Under the pieces are notes generated by a model, which saw nothing but the letters and a program-made list of their open reading frames with translations, was not told the DNA's origin and did no database searches. Shown in pieces: positions 7,916 through 18,319 of a stretch of 54,437 nt of DNA. Source of the DNA: Candidatus Caldarchaeum sp. (GTDB lineage: Archaea > Thermoproteota > Nitrososphaeria_A > Caldarchaeales > Caldarchaeaceae); the NCBI GenBank assembly GCA_038844785.1, contig JAWBRA010000012.1, positions 1 to 54,437 of the forward strand. Reading direction: 5' to 3'. Numbering within the stretch: the stretch's first letter is position 1; each line of letters opens with the position of its first letter. The position numbers and the translations under genes are program-made.

Positions 7916-9751
7916 TTGTTGCTGTCAGGGGTGGTGGCTGTGGCTAAGCTTAAGGAGAAGAAAGTTACGAGGCAGTGGGAGGGCATAATCCGAACTCCTC
8001 TCAAGCCTGAGTACGAGGTTCTCGACAGCTATTATGTCAAGGAGAAGTATGGGCAGGTTGTTATAGCTACACCCCCCGGCGTTGTCGCCGAACCTTTATA
8101 CCTTGTTATAGAGGAGCCGCTGCAGCCCAGCGAGGAGACAGCGCTTGAAAAGGTCAAGGACATTCTGACTAAGGAGCTTGACTTCCCAAAGCTCGGTGAG
8201 GAGGAAGAGGTTAGGAAGGCTGTCGTCGAAACTACTAAAAAGATTTTGAGGAAGTATGCGGGAGGGCTTGGCCTAGGTTCTGTCGATGATAAGCTTACGG
8301 AGAAGTTTCTCTACTATATCGAGAGAGACATGATGGGTTTCGGGCCTTTAAACGTTATCATGGATGATTACAAGGTTGAGGACATTTCCTGCGACGGCGT
8401 GGGAATACCCATATATGTGTGGCACAGGGATTATGAGTCTCTGCCCACTAACATAATATTCACCGACAGAGAGGCGTTGGACAACTTCATCATACATCTT
8501 GCACACAAGGCTGGTAAACATGTGTCTTCAGCGTTTCCCATAGTAGACGCAATGATTTACGGGAAGCATAGGCTTGCAGCTACTTTCCGTGAGGAAATAT
8601 CGCCGAGGGGCAGCACCTTTACCATTAGAAAGTTTAGGGAACGGCCTTTCAGCATAACAGAGCTGATAATTTCTAACGTGCTGAACAGCGAGATGGGCGC
8701 ATATTTCTGGCTCCTGCTCGAGCACAAGGCTAGCATCATGTTGATTGGCGCCACCGGAAGCGGGAAAACAACTCTTCTCAACGCGTTGACCACTTTCATC
8801 AGGCCTAGGATGAAGATTGTTACCTGCGAGGAGACGGCGGAGATAAACATACCTCGTGAGAACTGGGTGAGGTTCGTGACCAGGGAGAGCTATGGGCTTG
8901 GGTCTACCGAGAGGGGTCAGGTCTCACTTTTCGACCTTGTCAGAACGAGCTTGAGATATAGGCCTGACTACCTGATTGTAGGCGAGGTTAGGGGTGAGGA
9001 GACGTTTGTCCTGTTTCAGGCGATTGCTACGGGGCATGGCGGCCTGTCTACAGTCCACGCGGAAAACATCGAGTCGGCTGTCAAAAGGTTCATGAGCCCG
9101 CCGATGAACATTCCTGAGACGCATATCTCCCTGCTTGATGCGATGGCCTTGGTTGAGAGGGTTCAGCTTAGGGGCAAAGTTACGACTTTTGGACGGAGGT
9201 GCAGGAACGTATGGGAGCTTGAGGATGCTTTCCACTACAGGTCCATAGCTACATGGGACCCGGCGACCGACACATTCAGGGTTAACTTCGCCAACAGCCT
9301 ACAGCTTGAAAGCATTTCTCTGCAGACAGGGCTTTCGAGAGAGCAGTTGATTGTCGAGCTGTGGCGTCGTAAGGAGATTTTGGAGTGGATGAGGCAGAAC
9401 AACATCACGGACAACAAGGAGGTTGCTAGAATCATCCTGTCATACTATGCTGACCCTGAGAAGCTTGTCTCAGAGATAGGGTTGTCCCTCAGGAAACCCG
9501 CTGTGTCCACTGGAGCGAGGCCTGCTGTGAAGGAAGACCAGCCTGTGGCAACAACTTACACGCAGGAGCAGGTTAAGCAGGTGGCTGACTATCTTGCAGA
9601 GTTTCTGCTGAAGCGTGCGGGGCCAACGCCTTACTGGCAGATTTTTGTGAAGACGCCTTATCCAAGGGAGCTGATAATCAGAGCTATAAGGCATTTGAAG
9701 GAGAGCGGTAGAGTAGGCATAGTTGGCGGGATTGTCGAGCTAATAGGCTAG
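7916..9751 (+). CDS. Type IV pilus/type II secretion assembly ATPase (FlaI/CpaF-like)
   Basis: EDISCDG, FTIRKF, Walker A GATGSGKTT, LRYRPDYLIVGEVRG, TGHGGLSTVHA. Confidence 0.93.
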   Translation: MLLSGVVAVAKLKEKKVTRQWEGIIRTPLKPEYEVLDSYYVKEKYGQVVIATPPGVVAEPLYLVIEEPLQPSEETALEKVKDILTKELDFPKLGEEEEVRKAVVETTKKILRKYAGGLGLGSVDDKLTEKFLYYIERDMMGFGPLNVIMDDYKVEDISCDGVGIPIYVWHRDYESLPTNIIFTDREALDNFIIHLAHKAGKHVSSAFPIVDAMIYGKHRLAATFREEISPRGSTFTIRKFRERPFSITELIISNVLNSEMGAYFWLLLEHKASIMLIGATGSGKTTLLNALTTFIRPRMKIVTCEETAEINIPRENWVRFVTRESYGLGSTERGQVSLFDLVRTSLRYRPDYLIVGEVRGEETFVLFQAIATGHGGLSTVHAENIESAVKRFMSPPMNIPETHISLLDAMALVERVQLRGKVTTFGRRCRNVWELEDAFHYRSIATWDPATDTFRVNFANSLQLESISLQTGLSREQLIVELWRRKEILEWMRQNNITDNKEVARIILSYYADPEKLVSEIGLSLRKPAVSTGARPAVKEDQPVATTYTQEQVKQVADYLAEFLLKRAGPTPYWQIFVKTPYPRELIIRAIRHLKESGRVGIVGGIVELIG

Positions 9752-9754
9752 CGT

Positions 9755-11527
9755 TTACGGTGTTGTTGGAAGTTGGAACATGTTGACTGCCAGTGTTCCG
9801 GAAGCGTAGATAGCTATCATGCCCAATACTGACATTATGACCGCGTGTTTGAACCCGCCGGCTATCGTTGAGCTTGATATTTTTCCAGCAACAAGGCCGC
9901 TGATGGCTGCTATTATTATCACTGGGGGTAGGAAGAAGTGGATGAACTCTGCCGTGGAGATGCTCAGACTCGCCAGCTGGAGCAGGTTCTTCATGAAAGC
10001 CACTAAAATAACTACAACTATTATCAGCATAAGGGCTGTGATGTATGGTATGAGCATGAGAGGCTTGAGGGTAGCTCGCTTCTGCCTCTCTATCTCTTCG
10101 AGGTCTTCGGAGAATGATGCTAGGACTTCGAAAGTTTCGGGAGCGCCTCCTCCAACGTCTATCGCGTCTACCAAGATGAAAACACCTGCTTTCTCAAGCC
10201 ATCCGTAGGTTCTTTTTGAGAAGTCTTCGTAGATTTTACGCAAGGGCATTCCCCATCCTATTTGACGGGCTATGACCTTGAGGTGTTTGCTGAAGGCGCC
10301 GTAGCTGTTTCGTGCAAGGTCTATTATGCATCTTTCGGGGCTGAGGCCTGTTTTACGGGCTTCTGTCAGGTCTCGGAGGAATAGGGTTAGGCCGTGCATG
10401 ACTGAGAAGTTTTCGGCGCCGTATTTTTGGTAGGCGATGGTCCCTGGGGTGAATAGGATTATGAAGAAGAGGACGAGCGCTATCGAGGATTCGTAGCCCA
10501 TCTCAAGGCCTGTCATCGCTCTTATCTGTTTTATCATGTTTGACGTTGTGTCGAAAGGCGGGATGAACTGTAGTTCTGTTATGAAGAACGGGATGACGAA
10601 GAAGGCTGCGAACGCGAGGGCAAAAGGCAGTGTTAGCAGAAGGGTTTTCATGGGGCGGGGGTCGCTCATAGGGTATTTCGGCTGGCTTATGTCAGCTATG
10701 TAGAGGAACATCAAGGAAAGGCCTGGGAGGATGAGGTAGGCTATCATGACGAACTGCTCCGAAGGCATTATGAGGAACTCGCTCGGCAGAGCCCGTGAGA
10801 CTATGTATATTGTGAAGAGGACTAGGGAGAGCATCATGGTTATGGCTGCGAAGCCTTCCATGAGCATTCCCATCCGTTCTCCGACAATCCTCATCTTGCC
10901 CATGCGGGATGTGAATATCTGTTCTGTTTTTCTGATGAGGTAATGGACGACGTCTCCGCCGCTTCTTAGGGTTGAGGCATAGCCCAGCATCAGGTCTTTG
11001 TACTCTTTGGACGGTATTCCTTTGGCCATTCTCTCAACGGCTGTGACCGGGTCGAGGCCTCCTACTCTTACATTAAGCTCGGCGAGCTTGGCTGCTTTGG
11101 CTATGTTGGGCATCAGCTGGCTGTTGGCGAGGCGTATCAGGCTTTTGTAGGGTGGGATGCCGCCCGTGGACATTACTGCTAGATAGCTTGCAGCGTAGGG
11201 GACCTCGCTCTCAAGCAGCGATGCGGCGGCGGATGCTGAGATGTATGGTGAAGCTATGCCGAAAAGAAGCGCTAAAGCTGGTGCGGCGGCTATCAGGAGC
11301 GCCAGCCAAACTCCTGTTACAAAGTATAGGAAGATTGCGAGGGGTACTGTAATGGCTGCGGTGATTACTGTTATGGCTGCGACGGTTGAGGCGAAGACTT
11401 CGGGGTGGACTCGTTTTCCAGCGCTTTCAAGCTTTGACGGGATGGCTGGGGCTATTCTGAGTATTGCTCTGCCCAGTGAGAGGAAGTTGTCGTACGAGAA
11501 GCTGGTGAAGAAGTCTGAAACACCCAT
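9755..11527 (-). CDS. Type IV pilus membrane platform protein (TadC/FlaJ-like, two T2SSF domains)
   Basis: Two T2SSF-like repeats (YLAVMSTGG..., FLRDLTEARKTGLSPE...GG), many TM helices, GLVAGKI. Confidence 0.9.
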   Translation of the reverse strand: MGVSDFFTSFSYDNFLSLGRAILRIAPAIPSKLESAGKRVHPEVFASTVAAITVITAAITVPLAIFLYFVTGVWLALLIAAAPALALLFGIASPYISASAAASLLESEVPYAASYLAVMSTGGIPPYKSLIRLANSQLMPNIAKAAKLAELNVRVGGLDPVTAVERMAKGIPSKEYKDLMLGYASTLRSGGDVVHYLIRKTEQIFTSRMGKMRIVGERMGMLMEGFAAITMMLSLVLFTIYIVSRALPSEFLIMPSEQFVMIAYLILPGLSLMFLYIADISQPKYPMSDPRPMKTLLLTLPFALAFAAFFVIPFFITELQFIPPFDTTSNMIKQIRAMTGLEMGYESSIALVLFFIILFTPGTIAYQKYGAENFSVMHGLTLFLRDLTEARKTGLSPERCIIDLARNSYGAFSKHLKVIARQIGWGMPLRKIYEDFSKRTYGWLEKAGVFILVDAIDVGGGAPETFEVLASFSEDLEEIERQKRATLKPLMLIPYITALMLIIVVVILVAFMKNLLQLASLSISTAEFIHFFLPPVIIIAAISGLVAGKISSSTIAGGFKHAVIMSVLGMIAIYASGTLAVNMFQLPTTP

Positions 11528-11672
11528 CCTATTGTAGTGTAGTTAGGGGTATGGATATAAGCGTTTACATGGCCAAAGGATGTGTGATGTTTAAAAACGG
11601 TGTCGCGCAGCTCGGTGTGGGTTGAGTTAGAACGTGGAAAATCTTTTAAACAACCGATTTAACGTTAACTAC

Positions 11673-12074
11673 ATGGTCGTAAGGAGAAAGGCTGGGATAA
11701 GCCCCGTGGTTGCCACCGTCATACTTGTGGCGGTCGCCATCGTCATAGCCATCGCTGTCGCCTTCTGGGCTTCAGGTCTGGTGGGCGTGTTCACACGCTT
11801 TGAGAAGATCGAGATAATGACAGCCTACTGGGACGGAAGCCAAGTAGTAGTCATAGCTAAAAACTCAGGCTCAAGCCCAGCAGTAGTAGACATGATACTG
11901 GTTAACGGACGAGTATGCATGACTGGTCTTGCAAACCAGCTAACTATCGGAGGCACACAGGTATGGAGCATAACAGCTGGCGGTAACTGTGTAGTACAGG
12001 GCGGCGTAACCAACGAGATAGCCCTCCACACGACAAGCGGCAAAACATACCCCGTGGCAGTGCTGGTTCCATAA
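11673..12074 (+). CDS. Archaeal type IV major pilin
   Basis: Class III signal peptide RRKAG|ISPVVATVILVAVAIVIA. TTTTAAA at 11644-11650 supports a leaderless ATG start at 11673. Confidence 0.9.
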   Translation: MVVRRKAGISPVVATVILVAVAIVIAIAVAFWASGLVGVFTRFEKIEIMTAYWDGSQVVVIAKNSGSSPAVVDMILVNGRVCMTGLANQLTIGGTQVWSITAGGNCVVQGGVTNEIALHTTSGKTYPVAVLVP

Positions 12075-12082
12075 CCCCACGC

Positions 12083-12826
12083 CTACACATTTTTTATCAG
12101 AACATGATGACATTCGCGGACATGCGTGTGTAACGTCTTAGTCACATTCATCCCCAGAGACGACGCTTTTCTACAAAAAACGCACCCACAAACCTCACCA
12201 ACAGATTTGCCGTGCACTTCCACAACCGCCATCCTCCAAAAATCTCTGAACCTTGATAAGTCGTCCAACACATATTGCTCAACACCTTCAACGTCTATCT
12301 TGACCACGTCAAAAACCACATCCAGCTTTTTGAACAAAGCACCCAAAGAAATGGCTTCTACAGAAATCTTCTTACCCAACGCATCACGGCATAACAAACC
12401 AGACATGTCGCCTTTGGGCTTAACGTAGAAATCAACAAATCCAGACTTTTGAGCGACCGCAGCCTTGATAAGCAAAACGTTGTTAAACCCGTTACGGCTT
12501 ATTGAAGCCTGCAAACAATACTGGTTCAATACATCAGGCTCAACCCCCACAACCAACCCACCGGCTCCAACTTTGCGTGCAGCCCTCAAAGCATAAGCTC
12601 CCAGATGAGCTCCGACATCAAGAAAACTAGAACCCGGACCTAGTTTGTTCAAAACAAACAATATCAAATCCTTTTCATACACAGCCAACGGTATCAAAAA
12701 ATCGTGAGGCCTCTTCAAACTGCATGCAAACCATATCCCGTCCGAACGAACCCAGAAGAGAGTCGAAGGGAAAAGCTTGAAAGGCAGCATCCAAAAAGCT
12801 TTCTCGAAATTTCTCAAAAGCATCAT
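12083..12826 (-). CDS. FkbM-family methyltransferase
   Basis: FLDVGAHLG, VEP, KIDVEGVE motifs. Confidence 0.88.
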   Translation of the reverse strand: MMLLRNFEKAFWMLPFKLFPSTLFWVRSDGIWFACSLKRPHDFLIPLAVYEKDLILFVLNKLGPGSSFLDVGAHLGAYALRAARKVGAGGLVVGVEPDVLNQYCLQASISRNGFNNVLLIKAAVAQKSGFVDFYVKPKGDMSGLLCRDALGKKISVEAISLGALFKKLDVVFDVVKIDVEGVEQYVLDDLSRFRDFWRMAVVEVHGKSVGEVCGCVFCRKASSLGMNVTKTLHTHVRECHHVLIKNV

Positions 12827-13767
12827 TTACCCTTTATCAACCCAAGTAAAAAGCCAAGAGCGTAAGAGAGGTGATGCATGGGAAAGAACACCGTCATAGC
12901 AGGAATGGCTGCGAAATCCCTGTTTCTCCTACCAACACGAACCGACTCAAAGCAAACCAGACAAAAATATGACACGCCCAGAGCCAGTAACAGAAAGAAG
13001 GGAACAAACCCAAACACAGACAGCAAGCCCAACGATGAATAAACAAGCAAACCAGCTGACGGCAAGCTAAAAACCAACCTGAAGGAGTCGGGAAACCTTT
13101 TCACCATCAAAGCCCTTCCACGGCCATACCTGAAAACCTGAATGAAATGCCCTAAAAACCCCCTTCTTTTATGGAACACGACAAAGCCAGGGTCGTATAC
13201 CAAAGAATATCCCAGCTTTGATATTTTGTGAAGAAGAATGTTCTCCTCCGCTGGGAAAATGTCTTCCGGAAACCCGCCTGCCTCCAAAAAAGCTTTTCGA
13301 CGCACCATCAAATTGCATCCGGTTAACATCCTTTCATCAACAGTTAAGGGCCCCAGCATAACCTTGTATCTCCAGCTCATCACAGACGAACCGATGGGTG
13401 AAGAAAGAACATAGCCGCTGCACCTCTCCCAAAAGCTGGCGGGGTTCAAAGTCAGGTTAGGGCCTCCCACAGCACCAACCCTCGCATCATCAAAATGCTT
13501 GCACACTCTTTCTAAAACCCTAAAATCAATCACAACATCATCGTCCAAGAACAGCAGCAACCCACCGCTACTCCTGCTAACGCCCAAGTTACGACAAGCA
13601 CCTGGCGAAGCTCCCTTAACAACTATCACCTCAATCTTCTCCAAATCTGCAAGCGCATCACCACTCTCCAGCATCAACACTCCAGGCCTCACGCTGGCTA
13701 TGATTATGGATATTTCCGGCTTGCCTTTGACCTGGTGGAAAACTATACTTGGTTCAACCGTCCTCAA
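12823..13767 (-). CDS. GT2-family glycosyltransferase
   Basis: RNLGV, FLDDD (DxD), GCNLMVRR..F...GGF, C-terminal TM helices. Confidence 0.9.
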   Translation of the reverse strand: MRTVEPSIVFHQVKGKPEISIIIASVRPGVLMLESGDALADLEKIEVIVVKGASPGACRNLGVSRSSGGLLLFLDDDVVIDFRVLERVCKHFDDARVGAVGGPNLTLNPASFWERCSGYVLSSPIGSSVMSWRYKVMLGPLTVDERMLTGCNLMVRRKAFLEAGGFPEDIFPAEENILLHKISKLGYSLVYDPGFVVFHKRRGFLGHFIQVFRYGRGRALMVKRFPDSFRLVFSLPSAGLLVYSSLGLLSVFGFVPFFLLLALGVSYFCLVCFESVRVGRRNRDFAAIPAMTVFFPMHHLSYALGFLLGLIKGK

Positions 13768-14018
13768 CGCCTAACAGAAGCTTTCAATTGGTTTAAAATC
13801 TTGCCATCATCTTGGAGGGGGTGAATCCCAAGGTAAGACACATAACACATTTCCGGCTGATGTCTAAACCACCCACGACAATCCAGCCTTGATGATGGCC
13901 AAAAAGCGCTGCCAACCGTCTGTAGGATGGTTTTTCCCGCACGTTCGAATGTTTTAGTAAAAAATATCTGTGCAAAACTTATATACCATGATGTATAACC
14001 AAATCAAATAGCGGTTAA

Positions 14019-14522
14019 ATGGCTAAGAAACGCAAGAAGCATTCAAGAAGCGGCGGCTCCACATTGTTACAAGAAGTCATACTGCTGGCAGGGGTCATCA
14101 TAATAGGTCTCGCAGCCTGGGGTTTATCGATCAGCTACACGTTCATCACAACCTCACAGAACACTCAAGAAGTCGACAGAATGGTCAGCAGCCAGAGGGC
14201 TCTGCTCATAATCGAAGCCGTCGACTTCGAGACTGGAACAATATGGGCCTCAAACCCAGGCCTTGTCGACGTACTGGTATTCAGCTGCACAATATACCCA
14301 AAATCTACACAATCCCTAGGGCCGAGGCTGAATATAGGCGACCCGGTCACGGTCCGCATGAGAGCCGCCGAGCTTGCAAGCATCCAATGCGAGAAGACTG
14401 GTACACCGCCGTACGTTGTTGACGTCTGGTATTTACCGAAACACCTGTATCAACCAAGCAACCCCTTCGCAAACATCCAGTGGGCAGGGCTGGCGAGATA
14501 TGACACATCCACAGCGCGGTAA
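14019..14522 (+). CDS. Minor pilin-like protein
   Basis: Basic N-terminus, then G|STLLQEVILLAGVIIIGLAAW hydrophobic helix, followed by LLIIEAV. Confidence 0.65.
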   Translation: MAKKRKKHSRSGGSTLLQEVILLAGVIIIGLAAWGLSISYTFITTSQNTQEVDRMVSSQRALLIIEAVDFETGTIWASNPGLVDVLVFSCTIYPKSTQSLGPRLNIGDPVTVRMRAAELASIQCEKTGTPPYVVDVWYLPKHLYQPSNPFANIQWAGLARYDTSTAR

Positions 14523-15687
14523 CCGCCGTCGAGCTGTCTCCTCGGCGGTCGGGATTGCGATAGTGCTAGCCATCGTTTTCACAACAATAATTCCACTCCT
14601 CATGTACCAAGCCAGCCTACAAACCATCCTCTCAAACGAGATAAACTCAAGAAGAATAAGAGACATCGACAGGATGACTGAAGACCTGGCTGTGTTGTTG
14701 GAGGCTGACCAAAACGGTATAAGCATCATCCTCAAAAACAAATCACCGCTCCTGATAAACGTCCTGAGAATATGGGCAGTAGACACAAGAACAGGAGCGC
14801 CTATTAACAGCAGACCATGCATAAACCAGCCAAACTACCTACATCCCGGAAGCAACTCAACAGTGGAGGTGACGGACTGCGTAAGCATGTTCACAGGGCG
14901 GGCTCAGTTCATCGCAGTCACCGAAAGAGGAAGAATGTTCGCCTCCAACATAATAGAGCTGTCAGGAGGCCGTGTAATACCCGGCCTCTTCCCCTACACT
15001 TTAACGATATCAGCCATAAACATGAAAAGAGGCGACGTGTACCAAGTCGTTGTAACACCTTTAGACCAAGACTCCAACATCAACCCAAAAAGCATAACCT
15101 ACAAAGCAACAGCTTCGAACGAAAACATAAGCCTAGCGTTTTCCTCAACAGCCGGCGTCTTCGAGGTCTCGCTATATGAAAACGGTATACTGGTGTCTTC
15201 ATCAAGACTTTTGTCGCCTGACTCAAACCCAAGAATAGTAATAGTACCCGACGTAACAAGCGTGGTGTTCATGTTGCTACGTGTGGAGATCACGCCTGTC
15301 GAAATGGACGTTGAAATAATCGCCCCTAACCAGGTTCTAGAGGGTAGCTCTTTTTCCTTCAGCATAACAGTCAGGCTTCCCCCAACAGCCAGAGAAGCGG
15401 TGGAAGTCATGAAAAACATTCTCGCAAGCCTAGTGTCGGTGTCGGGAGACGTTGAAACGGCCTCTGTAAACTGCGACAACGAAGGCACGTTGGTGCTGGA
15501 GCCGGGCCAGACAGGCTCAATCACCTGCTACGCATCCGCAGCAGAGCTGGGCGGCGGTAGAAGCGGCTCCATAACCATCGAGGTATCCGCAACACCAGAA
15601 CTGGGCACTGGAAAACAGTCAAGCCTCCCCTACCCCTCCGACTCAGACACAGTATCGCTCACCGTCAAACGTCAAAGAGGCCGATAA
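14500..15687 (+). CDS. Large pilin-like/adhesin protein
   Basis: Class III signal RRRA|VSSAVGIAIVLAIVF from the ATG at 14500; beta-rich extracellular domains. Confidence 0.8.
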   Translation: MTHPQRGNRRRAVSSAVGIAIVLAIVFTTIIPLLMYQASLQTILSNEINSRRIRDIDRMTEDLAVLLEADQNGISIILKNKSPLLINVLRIWAVDTRTGAPINSRPCINQPNYLHPGSNSTVEVTDCVSMFTGRAQFIAVTERGRMFASNIIELSGGRVIPGLFPYTLTISAINMKRGDVYQVVVTPLDQDSNINPKSITYKATASNENISLAFSSTAGVFEVSLYENGILVSSSRLLSPDSNPRIVIVPDVTSVVFMLLRVEITPVEMDVEIIAPNQVLEGSSFSFSITVRLPPTAREAVEVMKNILASLVSVSGDVETASVNCDNEGTLVLEPGQTGSITCYASAAELGGGRSGSITIEVSATPELGTGKQSSLPYPSDSDTVSLTVKRQRGR

Positions 15688-15733
15688 CACAGACAGAGAC
15701 ATGCTTTTATTCCCATAAGAAGCACCGTCAAAC

Positions 15734-17053
15734 ATGACGCTCACTAAAAAAACAGCATACGTCTTTCTCGCCGTCCTGCTGGCTGCAGGTTTCACGGCTA
15801 GGTTTGGATGCTGGATTAACCCGGGCTACTGTGTCACACATGCCACAGCCTTCGACATCGGAACATACACGGTTTTCAGCATGGCATATGTAGAGGCCGT
15901 TAAAACCGGCAACCTCACCGCCTTGACCGGCATAAACCCCGGCGTACCCCCGCTCAGCATGATTCTCACAGGTCTAAGCATATCTTTGTTCGCTCCCTAT
16001 ATGGAAACAGTACAGGCTGGACTGCTGCTCCCAATAACCGCCTCAACTTTGACAGCGATCCCCGTCTACCTTGCTGTGAGAAAACATTCTGAGAAACACG
16101 CCTTGTTCTCAGCCGCTCTATTTCTCTTCGACCCCTTCACCATCCAGTACTCGGTAGCCTACTTGGACGCGGTGGGAACCCTTTTCGCAGCATTGTCGAC
16201 GGTCTACATGCTGTCTGGAAAATCGCTGGGGAAAGCTGTTTTGACGGCCTCCCTAGCTGCTTTGACGAAGCTTTCTTTCATCATTTTCCTAACCATCCTA
16301 GCCATCCTTCTTATAACATTGAAGAAACAGCCTGTCAGAACTGGTGTTGTGTACATCGTTGTTCCTCCTCTTTCGCTTCTGTTGAGCCCGTGGATGTGGA
16401 GCCTTAAAAGCGTTGAAACGGGGGTGGTAGGCAACCTTCAGTTCAACAACCTGCCTTTTTCAGCTGTTCTCGGCCCCTTTGTCATAGACGTGCCACAATC
16501 CCTGCCATGGTATATCTTATCATATCTAGGAATGGGGGTGGTCTCATGGAACACGTTTCCATACATCATTCCCTTAGCTCTTCTAGCCGTAACAGTTTGG
16601 CTGGCTGTGCAGAGACATTCCTACCGAGGAGGCGCATTCATCCCCGCTGCAGCAGCCGTTCTCTCAGTAGCCCTGCTTCCCAGGAACTACTGGACCTACA
16701 GCTGGGGTGCGGGAGCAGTACAAGGGGTCTTGATACGCCAGTTCTATCCATACTACTTTTACATCACATCACCTTTCCTGGCGATGTTAACAGCCCAGGC
16801 GATTGGGGGTGGTGGAAACGGTGAAAAAACACCTCGTATAATATTTTATCCTCCGTTGTTCACCGCTTTGTTGTCGCCGTTGGCGGTAGCTATGAACCTA
16901 GGCATGCCCTACTGGGACTTCATCTTCAACCTGATATACAGTTTCTCGCAGGGGTTGTGGGTTGTTGAAGGGTTTACAGCCCTACTCCTCACCCTTGCCG
17001 CCTTAACAACAGTCTTCCTGATAACCGAAACTTTCTACCGTCGCTTAAGCTAG
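15734..17053 (+). CDS. Polytopic GT-C/PMT-like glycosyltransferase (putative protein glycosylation)
   Basis: About 11 TM helices, PGVPPL (HPPL-like), YLDA, LAALTKLS motifs. Confidence 0.6.
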   Translation: MTLTKKTAYVFLAVLLAAGFTARFGCWINPGYCVTHATAFDIGTYTVFSMAYVEAVKTGNLTALTGINPGVPPLSMILTGLSISLFAPYMETVQAGLLLPITASTLTAIPVYLAVRKHSEKHALFSAALFLFDPFTIQYSVAYLDAVGTLFAALSTVYMLSGKSLGKAVLTASLAALTKLSFIIFLTILAILLITLKKQPVRTGVVYIVVPPLSLLLSPWMWSLKSVETGVVGNLQFNNLPFSAVLGPFVIDVPQSLPWYILSYLGMGVVSWNTFPYIIPLALLAVTVWLAVQRHSYRGGAFIPAAAAVLSVALLPRNYWTYSWGAGAVQGVLIRQFYPYYFYITSPFLAMLTAQAIGGGGNGEKTPRIIFYPPLFTALLSPLAVAMNLGMPYWDFIFNLIYSFSQGLWVVEGFTALLLTLAALTTVFLITETFYRRLS

Positions 17054-18318
17054 GGTGAGCGGCAGGAAGTTATAGTTACGTTGCGTGAAACCCACCATCG
17101 GCAGACAACAAGCGTTCCCGTTGAAACAGGCGATTCAAAATCAGCCGATGTATATGCGGCACGGGTGACCTGACCCTGTGCGTCTGTCAAAGTCAGTAAG
17201 TAGTTAAAGTATCCTCCGAAAGACCTGTTATCGTTATCGTCTAAAACTTTGGCGCTGAACACGCCGTAGAAGACCTCGCCTGGGGAAAGCCTCCTAATAG
17301 TTATTGTCGTCGGCTCATTAAGCTCAGCTGTCAAGTTATCTTGCTTAAGCAAGGATATAGAGACTTTTACGTTGAACAAAGGTTCTGTGTTGTTTCCAAG
17401 CATGACCATAAAAGGCATGTGTACAATTGTTGTGTCGTGTGCGGTTACTATGGTGGAATTGGACAGAAGGGGCCTGACCCTCAACGGGATAGGTTTCTGC
17501 ACCTCTATTCTACTACGTGCGCCTACCTCGACTACGGTGTTAGACCTAACCTCGACTGGGACTGGTCCAGGCGGTACGTCTGAGCATTCGCTTCCGAACT
17601 GCCTGCACTGCATGGCTGTTACCTGGTAAAGCCCCGGCGCCACGTTAAACCCTGCCAGAATATTCAGGTCGTCGGGTGAAGAGACGTATTTCCATGTCGA
17701 AGCCTCACCTTTACAGCCTACAGCAAACTCGTCAGTCCTGAGAGAGATGCATCCAACTATTTTGTTCACGTCTCCGCTTAAAACCACCGAAGCATGTATC
17801 CTATACCAGAACCCGAAGCTCGCGTTACTCAACTGCAAGAGAAGCATGTACGGAAGCCTGTTGGGCCCGATTTCGTTTGACACAAAACTGTTGCCTCTAA
17901 GCGTAGGAGCTCTTATGACAACCACTTCGTCAGGTTCCACCAAGTAGTCCCCAACGGGCTCACGAACCATCTCACCGGGAGCTAGCTTGTACTGTTTATC
18001 CATACGCTGCAAACCTATTTTGCTGCTTTCAATGTAAAGAACCGGAATAGTAACCTCTACAGGCGACCTGTTAAATATCATGATGAAGAGACGGCTTCTA
18101 GAAAAAGGATGGGTTTCAGGAGGCTGGATGGAGGCGGTGATTAGAATGTTTTCGTTCAGCTTCTCAACCTCGAAACGCAGCCTTCTAGACACCTCATCCA
18201 TGAAAAGCGTCTGAACATTCTGCATGTAAATCCACATAGGTATCACCACTGTAAAAAATATCATGATACCTATTGCGGTTCCGACCACAGCCGAAATTCC
18301 CGACTTTCTTCTTTTCAT
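17050..18318 (-). CDS. Large pilin-like protein
   Basis: Class III signal MKRRKSG|ISAVVGTAIGIMIFF from the ATG at 18318; N-terminal similarity to 14500-15687 (VIP..MY...Q...EI/VSRR; T.RG..F.SN). Confidence 0.8.
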   Translation of the reverse strand: MKRRKSGISAVVGTAIGIMIFFTVVIPMWIYMQNVQTLFMDEVSRRLRFEVEKLNENILITASIQPPETHPFSRSRLFIMIFNRSPVEVTIPVLYIESSKIGLQRMDKQYKLAPGEMVREPVGDYLVEPDEVVVIRAPTLRGNSFVSNEIGPNRLPYMLLLQLSNASFGFWYRIHASVVLSGDVNKIVGCISLRTDEFAVGCKGEASTWKYVSSPDDLNILAGFNVAPGLYQVTAMQCRQFGSECSDVPPGPVPVEVRSNTVVEVGARSRIEVQKPIPLRVRPLLSNSTIVTAHDTTIVHMPFMVMLGNNTEPLFNVKVSISLLKQDNLTAELNEPTTITIRRLSPGEVFYGVFSAKVLDDNDNRSFGGYFNYLLTLTDAQGQVTRAAYTSADFESPVSTGTLVVCRWWVSRNVTITSCRSP

Positions 18319-18319
18319 A

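Noticed and set aside
9819-11537. Several + strand ORFs inside the TadC gene, and similar shadow ORFs elsewhere (e.g. 35348-36064, 44473-44766)
   Set aside because: They fully overlap well-supported genes and have no motifs.
7916-12074. Archaellum operon
   Set aside because: No archaellin, FlaH or FlaF/G homologues are seen; the pilins are of type IV pilus kind.
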